Shown: in pieces, positions 9,244 through 19,303 of the stretch
How positions within the stretch are numbered: the stretch's first letter is position 1
Layout of the letters: every line of letters starts with the position of its first letter
NCBI GenBank assembly: GCA_965248055.1
Contig: CBDFIJ010000004.1
Span: 1,696,001 to 1,760,000 of the forward strand
Source: Candidatus Multivoradales bacterium
Lineage (GTDB): Bacteria; Acidobacteriota; Thermoanaerobaculia; Multivoradales; JAHEKO01
Direction: 5' to 3'
DNA length: 64,000 bases
Notes under the pieces: model-generated
Database searches by the model: none
Told to the model about the DNA's origin: nothing
The model's input: the letters and a program-made list of their open reading frames with translations, nothing else
Program-made: the position numbers and the translations under genes

Positions 9244-12200
9244 ATGAAAAAAAACGAGCAACTGACTCACATTCCCGCCATCGCCGTAATGGTACTCCTT
9301 GTTCTCGGCGGAGCGACGACGCTCCCGGCCCAGGTCACCGACGTGAATCCAGACGGCCTGCCAGGTGAGCCGCGTTTCGGTGGGCGCACCCTTGGAGTCA
9401 CTATTCATCCCCTGAACCGTAACGTGGTCTACGCTGCCTCCGAGCGAGGCGGATTCTACGTCAGCGCCGATGGCGGTACCACCTGGGCACACATCGACGA
9501 GATCCCGGTACCCCTCGCGCGTGACATCTTGTTCGATCCTCGCGATCCCAGCGTGTTAATCGCCAGTGGCCGGTCCAACACTGAGGTCCCAAATCGCGGA
9601 GGCATCTGGGTGAGTGGCAACGGCGGGGCGAGCTGGACCAAGCCCGCCACGTCAGACCCGGGTTGCTCAGGCCAGGTATCCACCTGGGGCATCGCAATCG
9701 CGGATCACCCCACCCGCCACCGCGATGTCTACGTGGCCACAGATTGTGGCATCTCGATCAGCAACGATTCCGGCGCTACCTGGAACCATGTTGACCCGTG
9801 CACCACGAGCGACGCCACTTGGTGCAACAACCGGACCATCTACTTCGACGTCGAGGCTCGTGTGGTAGGTGCCAATGTTCAGCTCGATGTCTGCGGTGAC
9901 GAGGGCTTCTTCCGCTCGACGGATGGCGGCGCCACCTGGAGCGCGCCTGATCCCAACTCGCCGGCTCGCCGAGTCAACAACGGATCGTTCAATCCATGTA
10001 ACGTGGCGACAGCCCCGCAGAACGCCGACACCGTTTATCTAGCGAACTACAGTGGCACTACCCCGGCCGGGTTTTGCCAGGCGCGGTTAATGGAGAATGC
10101 CTCCGGTGGCGCCGCTGGTGGATGGGTCAGCATGAACGTGGGTTCGCAGAACTGCCGCGATCCTTGGGTGGTGAACCAGCCCGACCCGGGCAACGCGGAC
10201 CGTTTCTTTGTCTACTACGGCGACAGCCAGCGTGTCCGTCGGCAGCGTTGCAACATCGGCAACTCTCCGCGTTGCTCGACCGGTGCTGCCAACTGGCCGA
10301 CCTTCGGCTCCGGTCTGCACTCCGACCCAAGCGACTGGGCCTTCGATCCGGCATCGCCGAATTGTGCGCTGGTGGCCTCCAACGACGGCGGCCTTGCCAC
10401 ATCGGTGGACTGCGGCGCGAACTGGCAGGATGGGAACCGGGGTCTACACGCCCTCGATGTCGTAGCCCATGCCGGCACGCTCCAGGGCGGTGGCACCACC
10501 GATCTCTATGCTGGGACCCAGGACAACGGCTTCTACGTAAGCGAGAACAACGCCGCCACCTGGACCAGGCCAGTGGGAGCCGACGGCTACGGCTTGATGG
10601 CAGACCTCACACCGCCGGCGAGGGTGTTCTTTCGAGTCTGCTTCGGCTGCAGTAATCATATTGCAGATCCTGGATTTTCTGGATCGGTAGGCTTCAACGA
10701 TCCTCCAGGCACCATCCCGTCCTTCGCGATCGCCACCCAGTTCGGGCCTGAGCGCTACGCCTTCTTGACCAACGACGGTGGCACTCCCGCCCAGTGGACC
10801 GCCTGGGTGACCACCAACGAGGGAACCAACTGGACTCAGCTCGGACCCAGCCCGCTGCCGGGCGGCGGCCAAATTAAATCGGCCGGTCCGGCCGCTTCGC
10901 CGACCTTCTATCTGCGGCTCGGGGTCGCAGGCCAGCCTCGGATGTTCCGGCTCTCTGGATCCCTGGACAGCACCGCCACCCTTACGCCCATCAATACGGG
11001 GCTAAGCTCGCCAAGTAATGTCTGGGACGTCGACCCCAGCGATCCAACTCGCCTGTATGTCTACGATAGCGGCTTCAATCAAATGAGGTTCAGCACCAAC
11101 AGCGGCGGTCAGTGGTTTGGCGACACGGAGCTCACGAGCCGGATCACGCAAGGGGGAAGTTTCACGATCAGCCCCACCGGCATCACGTTCGACCCATGGA
11201 GCTCGCAGATCGTAGTCGGCACACAGAACGCGGGTCTGGTGGTGTCGGTAAATGACGGCGAAACATGGAACAACCTTGAAAATACCGAGCTGCTCTCGCA
11301 CTTTACTCGCTTCTTCTTCGACCCAGACAACGAGCACATCTTCGGGTTCAGCAAAGGTCGCGGCATCTGGCAGATCGCCCTGACGGACGCCCAGGTCCAG
11401 GTGCCGGGCGACGTCGACCTGGGGGAGACTTGTCGGGGAGAGATCTCGACCGGAACGCTCGACGTCTGCAACACCGGCACTGACAACCTGAGCGTCTCCG
11501 GAATCGCTTCGTCCAACTCGCGTTTCGCGGTGACCGAGCCCTCGGCGGGCTATCCCGTGGCAATCAGCCCCGACTTCTGCTTTCCTTTTCAGGTGACCTT
11601 CGATCCGATACTCCAGGGTTCCCAGGCAGGGACCTTGGCTATCTCAAGTAACGATCTCGACGATCCCGAGGTCGAGATCGGAGTTAGCGGAGAAGGCACG
11701 GTGCAGGACATCCGGGTCACCGGTTCAACCAACTTCGGAGTGGGCTCCGCCTGGCGGGCGGACGAGCGTACGGTCTCAGTATGCAACGCTGGAGACTGCG
11801 ATCTCGCTGTAACCGCAGCCTCGGTCGGGTGCACTGACTTCAGCCTAATAGACAATCCTTTCCCGGCCAGCCTAGCCCCTGGTTCGTGTCTCGGTCTGAC
11901 GGCCCGCTTCACCTCGATCGTGCCGGGGAGCAAGAACTGCGTCCTCAGCGTCAACAGCAACGACCCCGACACGCTGGTGGTTCAACGCACGCTAACTGGC
12001 AAGACGCCACCGCTGTTTAGCCTCCGCTCTGGGCTGGCAGGCCCCCATGCCGCGCTCAGTGCGGTGGCCAGGCAGGGCTCGACCTTCAACCTAGGGTTCG
12101 TCTACCCGTTCTTGCCAAGATGGGCCTGGACTACCCAGCTGGGTCACTCGAGTTTTGACGGACGGGCCGCGGGCCCTGACGTTGACGTGTGGTATCTGTC

Positions 12201-12444
12201 AGCAAACACGAAGTTCACGGTCAACCCTGTGGCGCCAGCTCGTTTCTTCTTGAACGGCGGATTGGGTGTCTATCACCCCGATCCGGGTGACTTTGAGGGA
12301 GGTGGCAACCTCGGCCTCGGAGTGGACATACCAATCGGACAGCGCTTCATCTTCGAAGCAAGCTACGACTATCACTTGGCTTTCACAGCCTCACCTGACC
12401 TTGAATTTCGTCTGGCGCAAGCGGGATTCTTGGTGTCCTTCTAG
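9244..12444 (+). CDS. Large secreted Asp-box (BNR) beta-propeller protein with two Ig-like (choice-of-anchor D-like) domains and a C-terminal OM beta-barrel
   Basis: About 9 S-x-D-x-G-x-(T/S)-W boxes; CNTGTDNLSV...ISSNDLD and CNAGDCDLAV...VNSNDPD; amphipathic C-terminal strands ending in F. Confidence 0.8.
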   Translation: MKKNEQLTHIPAIAVMVLLVLGGATTLPAQVTDVNPDGLPGEPRFGGRTLGVTIHPLNRNVVYAASERGGFYVSADGGTTWAHIDEIPVPLARDILFDPRDPSVLIASGRSNTEVPNRGGIWVSGNGGASWTKPATSDPGCSGQVSTWGIAIADHPTRHRDVYVATDCGISISNDSGATWNHVDPCTTSDATWCNNRTIYFDVEARVVGANVQLDVCGDEGFFRSTDGGATWSAPDPNSPARRVNNGSFNPCNVATAPQNADTVYLANYSGTTPAGFCQARLMENASGGAAGGWVSMNVGSQNCRDPWVVNQPDPGNADRFFVYYGDSQRVRRQRCNIGNSPRCSTGAANWPTFGSGLHSDPSDWAFDPASPNCALVASNDGGLATSVDCGANWQDGNRGLHALDVVAHAGTLQGGGTTDLYAGTQDNGFYVSENNAATWTRPVGADGYGLMADLTPPARVFFRVCFGCSNHIADPGFSGSVGFNDPPGTIPSFAIATQFGPERYAFLTNDGGTPAQWTAWVTTNEGTNWTQLGPSPLPGGGQIKSAGPAASPTFYLRLGVAGQPRMFRLSGSLDSTATLTPINTGLSSPSNVWDVDPSDPTRLYVYDSGFNQMRFSTNSGGQWFGDTELTSRITQGGSFTISPTGITFDPWSSQIVVGTQNAGLVVSVNDGETWNNLENTELLSHFTRFFFDPDNEHIFGFSKGRGIWQIALTDAQVQVPGDVDLGETCRGEISTGTLDVCNTGTDNLSVSGIASSNSRFAVTEPSAGYPVAISPDFCFPFQVTFDPILQGSQAGTLAISSNDLDDPEVEIGVSGEGTVQDIRVTGSTNFGVGSAWRADERTVSVCNAGDCDLAVTAASVGCTDFSLIDNPFPASLAPGSCLGLTARFTSIVPGSKNCVLSVNSNDPDTLVVQRTLTGKTPPLFSLRSGLAGPHAALSAVARQGSTFNLGFVYPFLPRWAWTTQLGHSSFDGRAAGPDVDVWYLSANTKFTVNPVAPARFFLNGGLGVYHPDPGDFEGGGNLGLGVDIPIGQRFIFEASYDYHLAFTASPDLEFRLAQAGFLVSF

Positions 12445-12563
12445 CAACCACAGAGCAGGAAATTACTTCCTACGTTTGGGGCTTGTGCGCTGGGCATAGG
12501 CCGAGGAGTTGCCGCGAGAGACCTCCCAGAATCACGCCCGCAAAGCCAACTGCCGCTGGCAGT

Positions 12564-12653
12564 TGGCGGAGGGGGCGGGATTCGAACCCGCGGACGGCTT
12601 TCACCGTCGCTGGTTTTCAAGACCAGTGCTTTCGACCACTCAGCCACCCCTCC
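12564..12653 (-). tRNA. tRNA-Ser(TGA)
   Basis: GGAGGGGTGGCTGAGTGGTCGAAAGCA-CTGGT-CTTGAAA-ACCAG, long variable arm, GGTTCGAATCC, encoded CCA. Confidence 0.97.
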
Positions 12654-12808
12654 GGGGAGGTGAATCTTAGCTCCACACGGAACCTCTGGACCAGAAATAG
12701 ATGATTGTGGCCCAGAACATCTCTGGAGAAACTCATCTTCCGACCGACTGTTCTCCACATTCCCTAGTGCCCAACTGTGGAACTCAACGAATCATCCCGA
12801 ATTCGCCT

Positions 12809-13510
12809 CTACTCAGACTCCTGGCCCCAAGCAGCCTTCCACCATTTTCCTGGGAAGGTCGTCAGGGAAAAGATCTCGGATTCGGTCAGATACGACCTGC
12901 CGTCCTCTTCGACTTTGTAGTCGGCGTGGAGAGCTCCACTGTGATCTAAACTGGAGAACGTAGCCACCAAGCTCTCTCCGTCATCCCAGTCCTGGCTGAA
13001 CCAACTGCGCGCCCAGCGATCTCGATCCCGAGTCCACAAAGGATCATGCCAGGTGCCGTCGGTCCGAAGCCGCACTTCGGTTGGGCGCAACAGCTTTTGA
13101 TCGGAAGTCGTGTGACGTTGAAATGGTGGACTGGGTGGATCTTCGCTGCGCCACAAAACCACCCACACCTCTGGCCCAGCCATTTCCCGAGCCTTCTCCA
13201 CGTGCTCAGCCCAACTTTCATACAACTTCTTGCAGCGATGAGAGCGACCGTAAAGGTAGACCCGCAAGTAGGGTGGCAAGATCACCCCGCGTGGCCGATC
13301 TTCGCCCGGCTCCTCAAGCCACAAAGGACCGAGTACTTGGTGTCGATTACCGATCCCTTGGTAGTGCTCGATCGGATCGGCGCGACTACAGCCAGCGTTT
13401 ATTGTTGCTCCGATCTGAGCGTCGGTCATGACGGTTCCCTCAGCTCCAAGTCCACCGCTGGACAACAGAACAAGAAACACGCTGATGCCAGCGATTCGAT
13501 GCGCGATCAT
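12809..13510 (-). CDS. Hypothetical secreted protein
   Basis: ORF with GGAGG RBS before MIAHR and a hydrophobic signal peptide; no family recognised. Confidence 0.55.
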   Translation of the reverse strand: MIAHRIAGISVFLVLLSSGGLGAEGTVMTDAQIGATINAGCSRADPIEHYQGIGNRHQVLGPLWLEEPGEDRPRGVILPPYLRVYLYGRSHRCKKLYESWAEHVEKAREMAGPEVWVVLWRSEDPPSPPFQRHTTSDQKLLRPTEVRLRTDGTWHDPLWTRDRDRWARSWFSQDWDDGESLVATFSSLDHSGALHADYKVEEDGRSYLTESEIFSLTTFPGKWWKAAWGQESE

Positions 13511-13721
13511 CTTTCGTCCTCCCAGCTTCATTCCTATTGTCTTCCCGGTCACGAATCATAGCGGGCAGAGAGAAATGTGGCACAACCAACGTCACTGAAC
13601 GGTGGGCGTCCGTCCTACTGGCCATGGTTTATCACCAGGGTGAATTGCCCGACCGTAGACCTTCTACCGTTAGACTGGAAAACCTCGAGGCGCAGCTGAA
13701 GACCAAAACATTTCACTATCC

Positions 13722-15562
13722 ATGACCGCCATTCTCGGTATCTCCGCGTTTTACCATGACAGCGCCGCGGCGTTAGTGGTCGATGGCCGGATCGTCGCGG
13801 CGGCTCAAGAGGAGCGCTTCAGCCGCAAGAAGCATGATTTTCGTTTCCCCAAGCAAGCGATCGAATACTGCCTGCAGGAGGGAGGGTTGGACGCGGCAAA
13901 ATTGGATCACGTCGCGTTTTACGACAAACCGCTGAAGAAATTCGATCGACTGCTCGAAACCTATCTCGCCTACGCACCGGCGGGGTTCAACTCGTTTCGC
14001 CAAGCGATGCCCCTGTGGTTGAAGGAGAAACTTTGGCTGCCGCGACAAATGGATCGAGGCCTCGACAAGCGCTTTGAGGGTCGGTACATCTTTACTGAAC
14101 ACCACGAGTCGCACGCAGCAAGCGCCTTCTATCCCTCGCCCTTTGAAGAAGCGGCAATCCTGACCATGGATGGCGTCGGCGAATGGGCCACCGCCAGTTT
14201 CGGCTCGGGAGCAGGCAATCAATTCGAGCTGACCCATGAACTGCACTTCCCCCATTCCCTAGGGCTGCTCTATTCGGCGTTTACTTACTACGCCGGGTTT
14301 CGCGTCAACAGCGGCGAATACAAACTGATGGGCCTCGCCCCTTATGGCAGCCTCGATACCGAGATCTGATCTTGGAGCACCTGGTTGATCTAAAAGACGA
14401 CGGGTCGTTTGCTCTCGACATGTCGTACTTCAACTACTGCCAAGGGCTGACCATGACCGGTCGTAAGTTTGATCAATTGTTTGGCGGGCCGCCCAGGACG
14501 CCCGAGCAAGAGCTTCGACAACGCGACATGGATCTGGCGGCTTCGATCCAAGCGGTCACCGAAGAAATCATGATGCGCGTGGTGCGTCATGTTCACGCCC
14601 AGACAGGGCAAAAGAATCTAGTGATGGCGGGTGGAGTCGCCCTCAACTGCGTCGCCAACGGCAACCTCTTGCGCGAAGGGCCCTTTGAACACTTATGGAT
14701 TCAACCGGCTGCCGGTGATGCGGGCGGGGCTCTGGGAGCAGCATTGTTTGTTTGGCATCAATTGCTCAACCAGACCCGAACGGTGCAACCGACAAGTGAC
14801 TCCCAGATCGGGTCGCTACTGGGTCCAGCGTTCAGCGACCCAGAGATCCAACTCTTCTTGGAAGGCACCGAGGCCAACTACCAACAGCTCGACGACGACG
14901 CTCTGATGGACCAGGTCGCTGGGTTGATGGCAAACCAGCAGGTCATCGGCTGGTTCTCCGGGCGCATGGAGTTCGGACCTCGAGCGCTGGGTGCTCGCTC
15001 GATTATCGGAGACGCGCGCAGTCGCACCATGCAGCGCACCATGAACACCAAGATCAAGTTCCGAGAGTCGTTTCGACCCTTCGCACCGGTGGTTCTAGCC
15101 GAACACGCTGACCAATACTTTGAGCTGGCACCGGGAGAAGAGAGTCCTTACATGCTGATCGTGGCCGATGTCCGCGACGACAAACGAAGCCCTCTGTCAG
15201 AGGAGCAAGAAAGCCTGACCGGCCTAGCGCGACTTGACGTCGTTCGCTCCCAAGTCCCAGCGATAACTCATGTCGACTTCTCGGCAAGAGTGCAGACTGT
15301 CGACCGTATTCGGCACCCGCGCTTTCACCGCCTGCTCAACGCGTTCTACGAGAAAACTAATTGTCCAGTAGCGATCAACACTAGCTTCAACGTGCGTGGC
15401 GAGCCGATCGTCTGCACTCCCGAAGACGCTTATCGCTGTTTTCTGGCAACCGACATGGACGTCCTGGTGCTCGGCAACCATCTGCTGCTCAAGAAGAATC
15501 AACCTGAATCCCTGTCGAAAACCGAGGCCCGCGATTACGTAGAGAGTTTCGATCTCGACTAG
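13722..15562 (+). pseudogene. NodU/CmcH-family carbamoyltransferase split by a 1-bp frameshift near 14348 (pseudogene or sequence error)
   Basis: ILGISAFYHDSAAAL, EHHESHAASAF, GEYKLMGLAPYG in ORF1; AGGVALNC, EFGPRALG, KFRESFRPFAP, NTSFNVRGEPIV in ORF2; adding one base restores GxPRYRDLILEH. Confidence 0.85.
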
Positions 15563-15589
15563 CGATGAACCCTGACGAACGGAACTAAT

Positions 15590-16000
15590 GTGATCAAAGC
15601 CAATTGGAACCCCGGACTACGAGAGCTAAGACAGTTCTCAATCGGACTCTTGATTGCCTCATTGGTATGGGGAGGGATCCTGTGGTGGCGCCATGGATTC
15701 AACACCGCCTCATGGTGGATCTGGATCATCGGGCCGTTGCTGGCCGCAGTTGGTTGGCTGATGCCACGGTCGATGCGCTATCTGTACCTATTCTTAACCG
15801 CCCTGGCACTGCCGATCGGCTGGGTGGTGGGCAATCTGATGCTGGCATTGATCTACTTTGGGGTGATCACGCCGATCGCGCTTGTTTTCAAATTGATTGG
15901 CCGCGACCCACTAGCCCGGCGCCCTAACCCAAGTGCCGTCAGCTATTGGAAAAAACGTCAGTCTACACCATCGGCGGCCAGATACTTCAACCAGTTTTGA
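15590..16000 (+). CDS. SxtJ-family membrane protein
   Basis: ELRQF, TM helices, IGWV...LIYFGVITPIAL..IGRDPL, SYW...NQF; standard position after the carbamoyltransferase. Confidence 0.8.
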   Translation: MIKANWNPGLRELRQFSIGLLIASLVWGGILWWRHGFNTASWWIWIIGPLLAAVGWLMPRSMRYLYLFLTALALPIGWVVGNLMLALIYFGVITPIALVFKLIGRDPLARRPNPSAVSYWKKRQSTPSAARYFNQF

Positions 16001-16058
16001 CCTGAAACGACCGACGTCGTGGGGGGGAGGCGTACAATGATCCAGAACCGGGAGTGCT

Positions 16059-16250
16059 ATGCCAAAGTCCAACGAATTTGAACGCGAAGCGGAAAAGAAA
16101 CGGCATTCCTTATTCGCCGAGTTCCTTCAGTTCCTGAGAGAGAACAAGAAGTGGTGGATGACCCCGATCTTGATCACCCTGCTTCTGGTGGCGGTGCTTC
16201 TGGTGGCTGGCAGCATCGGTGCTGCACCCTTTATCTACACCTTGTTTTAG
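16059..16250 (+). CDS. DUF5989 / SxtK-like small membrane protein
   Basis: EFLQFLRENKKWWMTPI...APFIYTLF signature. Confidence 0.85.
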   Translation: MPKSNEFEREAEKKRHSLFAEFLQFLRENKKWWMTPILITLLLVAVLLVAGSIGAAPFIYTLF

Positions 16251-16312
16251 AGAGCCTGCTTTTTCACAGGGTCTGCCTCTTCAGAGGGTTGGCTTTTCAC
16301 AAGGCCTGCCGC

Positions 16313-17377
16313 TTAGGCGTCTTCCAGGCGTTCTTCGGTGCGAGCGATAAAGGCCTCCAGACGAGCCCGGCGCTCTTCAACACGGAGCTTTTCTTTCTCC
16401 AAGGCTTCGACTCGATCCTGATCAGCACTTTTCAATTCTTCCTCGACGCGATCCATCTGCTCAACCAATTGCCCGTGCGACAACTGCAGTTCGGCGAGTA
16501 GCGACGCTCTGTCCGCCTTATCAAACATCAAGTCTTCAGGAGCACTGGTCGGGGTGCTGAGCTCAGCAGCCGTTTGCCGAGGAATGAACTCTTTGGTTTC
16601 CGGGTAGCTACGCAAGCTATGGAAATTAGGCGAAAGAATCTCAATGCCAGCACCGTGCAGCGCGTCCAAAGCCGCGATGCGCAACTTGGAGCGGGTGGAG
16701 ACCAACTGCTTCAGGTCGGCCAACAGACCGGCGACGCGGTAGGTGATCGAGAAATCCCCTATATCCACCACCGAGACGAAGGGTTTTTCGAGATTCACTT
16801 CTACCGCTGCGGCCATCAAGGCCTGCCGCACGCTGCGATGACCCACGTCATAGCCCAGCGACAAGGTCGCCGAGACAATGGTCCCCGAAGCCGGAAATAC
16901 CGTGTGAGGATTGGCCACCAAATACAGATTCGGCAGCGTGGTGAGGTTGCGGTTCTCGGTCTGGATCTCGGTGTGGAACAAGCCGATCTCGCTGATCCGA
17001 CCAAAGTGATCGCCAACCCGCAGGAAATCGCCAATGCCCACGTTGTCGAAAATCTGTAACAGACCGCGCGCCATCGCGTTGCCCAACAAAGTGGTGGACG
17101 ACAAGGCGATCGCTGCGGAAAGCAGAATCCCCAACAAGGTTAGCAGCTGGCCGCGCAGGGTCGGATCCATCGGGATGGTGATCAGCGCCAGCAACAAGCT
17201 CAAGATCCAAATCGCGAACAAGCTGAGTTGGAGCCTCAAGCGGGCAGTAGCCACCGACTTCCAGCGCTTGTTCAGCAGCATGTGTACCAACAGCGCAACC
17301 GCGACAATCAGTATCGTCAACGCAATCCCCGGCAGTTGGCCGCGAATTCCTTCCAAGAACGGGGGCAGCGTCATCAA
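16313..17377 (-). CDS. MscS-family mechanosensitive channel with C-terminal coiled coil
   Basis: 3 TM helices, IGDFLRVGDHFGRISEIGLFHTEI, TLPN, SLGYD. Confidence 0.85.
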   Translation of the reverse strand: MMTLPPFLEGIRGQLPGIALTILIVAVALLVHMLLNKRWKSVATARLRLQLSLFAIWILSLLLALITIPMDPTLRGQLLTLLGILLSAAIALSSTTLLGNAMARGLLQIFDNVGIGDFLRVGDHFGRISEIGLFHTEIQTENRNLTTLPNLYLVANPHTVFPASGTIVSATLSLGYDVGHRSVRQALMAAAVEVNLEKPFVSVVDIGDFSITYRVAGLLADLKQLVSTRSKLRIAALDALHGAGIEILSPNFHSLRSYPETKEFIPRQTAAELSTPTSAPEDLMFDKADRASLLAELQLSHGQLVEQMDRVEEELKSADQDRVEALEKEKLRVEERRARLEAFIARTEERLEDA

Positions 17378-17414
17378 TCAACTCTAACCCAGCGAAAGAA
17401 CTCAGCAATAACAC

Positions 17415-17444
17415 TTGCATAATTGTGCAACTGTGCTATAGAAT
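17415..17444 (+). promoter_or_regulatory. Putative ArsR operator and promoter
   Basis: Palindrome TTGCAT-AATT-GTGCAA over a -35-like hexamer; TAGAAT 7 nt before ATG 17452. Confidence 0.5.
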
Positions 17445-17451
17445 CCTCTCG

Positions 17452-17820
17452 ATGACTACTTCAGCGCTCGACACCTCCGCTGCTCCAGAAGACGACTCCC
17501 GTATTTTTCGGGCACTCTCCGATCCTTGTCGATTGCTAATCCTGCAGGAGCTGGTGGGTTGTTGCGGCCAACCGCAGACGGTGAGCCAAACAGCGGGATG
17601 CTGCTCGGTCGATCTTTCCGTGGTCTCACGACACCTGGCGACGCTGCGCGATGCTGGAATCCTGGAATCCAAAAAAGTGGGACGCGAAGTCCACTACACC
17701 GTTCGATACCATGAGCTATCCAATTGGCTCAGAACCATGGCCGACACCCTTGATCGTTGCTGTCCTCAACCGGACGCGGGCTGTGCGACAACGACACAAC
17801 CTAAGGAGGCATGCGAATGA
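17452..17820 (+). CDS. ArsR/SmtB-family regulator, Cys-rich
   Basis: FRALSDPCRLLIL, SVVSRHLATLRDAGIL...GREVHY; three CC pairs. Confidence 0.9.
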   Translation: MTTSALDTSAAPEDDSRIFRALSDPCRLLILQELVGCCGQPQTVSQTAGCCSVDLSVVSRHLATLRDAGILESKKVGREVHYTVRYHELSNWLRTMADTLDRCCPQPDAGCATTTQPKEACE

Positions 17821-17867
17821 CTCGTTTCTTCATTCCGCGCACCGCACACTGCTGCGACGGCGCCTGA
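17817..17867 (+). CDS. Putative 16-aa peptide MTRFFIPRTAHCCDGA
   Basis: AAGGAGG 7 nt before an ATG overlapping the arsR stop (ATGA); followed by inverted repeat GGTCCTG-GG-CAGGACC. Confidence 0.45.
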   Translation: MTRFFIPRTAHCCDGA

Positions 17868-18010
17868 CTTCGGTCCTGGGCAGGACCCTAAACTGCCCGA
17901 CCCGCTTCCTTTCTGAAACAACCCTTTCTCACTCAGCGTACGGCTAATCAGGTGCTGACGCCCGATGGCTGGGTTTGTCTGCCGATGAAATTATCCAGAA
18001 AGGATCTGCC

Positions 18011-19150
18011 ATGGAGTCGCACTTTCCGGCCCAACAGTCTCAAACCACAACATCTCTAGGTAGGCAATTTCTATCAGCACTGGCCGGTGGCATTGGATCT
18101 CACAACCAGACCGACGACAACGACAGCTCCCACGACGCCTACGCTGAGCGCAACCTCAGCAGTCTGGGCGCAGTTCTACTCATCCCCGCGGTGATCGCCG
18201 TCTTCGGCGGTTTTGTCTTCGCTCGTTACCTGGGTGCGTCCTGGTGGTTGGCGGCACCTTTCGCCCTTCTGTGGGGACTGATCATCCTGGCGATTGACCG
18301 CCATCTGGTGTTGACCACCCCGGTGCCTCTGCCCAGAGTTACAGAGGAATCCGGGCGTGGTTGGAGCCGACCCTTGAGAACTTTGGGTCACGTCGGAATT
18401 CGATTATTGCTGGCGCTGTTTCTCGGAACCCTCAACGGTCACCTAGTTGGCCTGCGCCTGTTTGACGATGTGATCTCCGAGGAACTCCACGATCAGTTGA
18501 GCGCCGCACGAGCACAGGTTGATAGCAGCTTCGATCAGCAGCACAGCGACATAAACACCGGGATCACGACCCTCGAACAGCAACTGGAAACCGATCGCCA
18601 GAGACTGGCGCAACTCGACGCCACGGCAGCCGCGGAGATCGCCGGAAGCACCGATCTTCCCGGTACCACCGGGATTCGCGGCGCGGGTGAGGTCTACCAA
18701 CGTTATGAAGTCGCGCTCGACAATGCCCGCCAACAGGTCGCCCAACGACGCCAAGAATTGGAATCCCGACGCGCCGAGATCGCCCCGCAGGTCTTCTCGT
18801 TGGACGAGCGGCAACAGGCGGCGCTGGCGGAGGTGGACCTCACCTTTGGCACCGGGGTCGCAGCCCGCAGCAGCGCGCTAGTCGACCTGTCCCGTCGCGA
18901 GAGTCATATTGGGTTGTTGTTCGGCTTCTTATTGCTGATGCTGGTGACTATTGAAGTCCTGCCAGTGGTTCTCAAGCTACTCACCCCGGTCACCGCCGCC
19001 GACCAGCACTTCGCCTTAGCCAGTTGGGAGCGACAACAAGACATCGCAGTACACAAAGAAGCCGTGCTCTCGACTCACGACTTGCGTATCGCTAGTGCCA
19101 AAAGGAGAATGCAAGCTGAGCAGTTAGTCGACGAAATGGCTAATACATAG
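18011..19150 (+). CDS. DUF4407-like membrane/coiled-coil protein
   Basis: TM block with WGLIILAIDR and IRLLLA, long coiled coil with G..GAG..Y, second TM with IEVLPVVLK. Confidence 0.7.
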   Translation: MESHFPAQQSQTTTSLGRQFLSALAGGIGSHNQTDDNDSSHDAYAERNLSSLGAVLLIPAVIAVFGGFVFARYLGASWWLAAPFALLWGLIILAIDRHLVLTTPVPLPRVTEESGRGWSRPLRTLGHVGIRLLLALFLGTLNGHLVGLRLFDDVISEELHDQLSAARAQVDSSFDQQHSDINTGITTLEQQLETDRQRLAQLDATAAAEIAGSTDLPGTTGIRGAGEVYQRYEVALDNARQQVAQRRQELESRRAEIAPQVFSLDERQQAALAEVDLTFGTGVAARSSALVDLSRRESHIGLLFGFLLLMLVTIEVLPVVLKLLTPVTAADQHFALASWERQQDIAVHKEAVLSTHDLRIASAKRRMQAEQLVDEMANT

Positions 19151-19303
19151 AATTAGGCACGCTAACACTCAACTGATCGAGGAACCTCACACCGTCACCG
19201 CGAGCTGGGAGCACTAGCTTCGTTTGTTCGACCGGATTCCTATGCTTCCTATTTTCGGCTAGTAGTGCCTCTTTGAATCATCGGTCCAGTAACATCTGCG
19301 TCA

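Noticed and set aside
8300-12563. Integrative island at tRNA-Ser(TGA)
   Set aside because: No integrase and no direct-repeat copy of the tRNA 3' end found by eye
14330-14375. Programmed ribosomal frameshift in the carbamoyltransferase
   Set aside because: No slippery run or obvious stimulatory structure; a simple 1-bp loss explains it
13722-16250. Saxitoxin biosynthesis cluster (sxtIJK-like)
   Set aside because: No sxtA/sxtG or other pathway genes here; this trio is common in non-producers
16257-16315. Direct repeat GCTTTT(TT)CACA.GG.CTGCC.CTT as Rex half-sites
   Set aside because: Lies between convergent 3' ends and is not palindromic; likely a small local duplication
17865-17891. Selenocysteine read-through (UGA followed by hairpin)
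   Set aside because: Would add only 7 residues after Sec; spacing and loop do not fit a clear bacterial SECIS; no redox motif around the UGA
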